The notes under the pieces are model-generated. The model saw only the letters and a program-made list of their open reading frames with translations. It was not told the origin of the DNA and did no database searches. A stretch of 24,000 nucleotides of DNA from Candidatus Omnitrophota bacterium (GTDB taxonomy: Bacteria > Omnitrophota > Gorgyraeia > Duberdicusellales > 4484-171), in NCBI GenBank assembly GCA_028711575.1, contig JAQTSA010000005.1, positions 1 to 24,000 of the forward strand. The letters are read 5' to 3'. Positions within the stretch are counted from its first letter, which is position 1; the number at the start of each line of letters is the position of its first letter. The position numbers were made by a program, and so were the translations under genes. Below, piece after piece: positions 22,939-24,000 of this stretch.

Positions 22939-24000
22939 ATGGCTGATGCTGACAAAAAAGAAAAAGATTCGATCAATCAAATTAACGGTCAGAAACCACA
23001 GCGAGCTTGGATTACAGTTCACAAAAAAATGACAAAAGAAGGGATCAAAACTTCTTTTAAAGGAAATTTGCAGTATCGCCTGGCTAAGGATAAATATACT
23101 GCTACGAAATTTGATAATTTTATGGCAGTTGCCGTAACGATTCGTGACCGCATCGTTGAACGTTGGATTAAGACCCAACAGCAATATCATAAGAAAAATG
23201 TTAAACGAGTGTATTATCTTTCTATGGAATTTTTAATCGGCCGTCTTTTAGGCAGTAATATCCTGAATTTGGGTTTATTCAACGAGATGACCAGCGCCTT
23301 AGAAGAAATGGGCTTTGATATTGAAGAATTACGAGATGAGGAGTTAGACGCTGGCCTTGGCAACGGCGGGCTCGGTCGTCTTGCTGCCTGTTTCTTGGAT
23401 TCAATGGCTACCTTGGGTATTCCGGCTCACGGTTATGGTATCAGATATGATTACGGTATCTTTAACCAAAAAATAGTTAATGGCTATCAGGTTGAACTTC
23501 CTGACGAGTGGCTCAGGCATGGTAACCCCTGGGAATTTGCCCGGCCGGAGTATACGGTTAAGATTCGTTTTGGCGGTAAAACCCGTCATTTTAAAGATAA
23601 ACGCGGTAAGTTTAGAGTTCGGTTGATAGATTCTGATGATGTTTTAGCCTTGCCTTTTGATATGCCGATTGTTGGCTATAAAAACGATGTAATTAATACC
23701 TTAAGACTATGGTCGGCCCGGAGTACTGAGGATTTTGATTTTAGTTATTTTAACGACGGAGATTACGAAAGCGCCGTTTATAACAAAATGTTCTCGGAAA
23801 ACATATCAAGAGTTTTGTATCCCAACGATACAGTCTCTCGCGGCCGGGAATTACGGTTGAAGCAGGAATATTTTTTTACAGCAGCTTCAATTGCCGATAT
23901 AATTCGGCGGTTCAAAGTTCATAATTCCGATTTTAAAAATTTTCCTGATAAAGTCGCTATTCAGCTTAATGATACTCACCCTTCTTTAGCTACAGTTGAA
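22939..24000 (+). CDS. glgP: Glycogen/maltodextrin phosphorylase, N-terminal 354 codons (3' end outside the window)
   Basis: It is absent from the ORF track because it has no stop in the window. ATG 22939 lies 7 nt after AAGGGG. The translation MADADKKEKD...RVYYLSMEFLIGRLLGSN...LGNGGLGRLAACFLDSMATLGIPAHGYGIRYDYGIF...LNDTHPSLA contains hallmark phosphorylase motifs. Confidence 0.92.
   Translation, partial: MADADKKEKDSINQINGQKPQRAWITVHKKMTKEGIKTSFKGNLQYRLAKDKYTATKFDNFMAVAVTIRDRIVERWIKTQQQYHKKNVKRVYYLSMEFLIGRLLGSNILNLGLFNEMTSALEEMGFDIEELRDEELDAGLGNGGLGRLAACFLDSMATLGIPAHGYGIRYDYGIFNQKIVNGYQVELPDEWLRHGNPWEFARPEYTVKIRFGGKTRHFKDKRGKFRVRLIDSDDVLALPFDMPIVGYKNDVINTLRLWSARSTEDFDFSYFNDGDYESAVYNKMFSENISRVLYPNDTVSRGRELRLKQEYFFTAASIADIIRRFKVHNSDFKNFPDKVAIQLNDTHPSLATVE

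Noticed and set aside
22897-23190. 97-aa minus-strand ORF at 22897-23190
   Set aside because: It lies antisense to the unmistakable N-terminus of glycogen phosphorylase (start 22939, + strand).

Overview
AT-rich bacterial chromosomal segment, probably from a diderm since it encodes a predicted outer-membrane beta-barrel. Most genes use Shine-Dalgarno sites and most are housekeeping genes on the + strand. In order: partial smc, a GAF-GGDEF diguanylate cyclase, a signal-peptide beta-barrel-like protein, queA, an EF-G2-type paralog followed by a YchF-like protein without a G-domain, purH, folC, mnmE, folE, a UvrD/PcrA-like helicase (- strand), a DUF89 protein, two tandem CNNM/TlyC-type DUF21-CBS membrane proteins, a nucleoside phosphorylase, a divergent ketopantoate-reductase-family protein, a class IV aminotransferase (PabC-like), a class II aldolase-family protein, and the 5' part of glgP, which the ORF track misses because it runs off the window. 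I recognised no rRNA, tRNA, transposase, integrase or CRISPR array. The stand-out is the 736-bp ORF-free gap between the convergent folE and helicase genes (13213-13948). It holds at least six ordered repeat families: 4x36-bp GC-rich hairpin units, 4x8 bp, three blocks of 4x10-bp phased repeats in opposing orientations, four GTTTGAC-led 22-26-bp units, five GGGTNNN heptads, and a pair of ~85%-identical ~85-90-bp direct repeats flanking the GC-rich core. I cannot assign it to a known RNA or element family, so it is the best candidate for something undescribed; a REP/BIME-like or orphan type III antitoxin-like array are the mundane alternatives. Secondary items are the EF-G2 plus P-loop-less YchF-like pair, a G9 tract in a divergent promoter region, a long leader behind a consensus promoter upstream of EF-G2, and leaderless-type promoter geometry.
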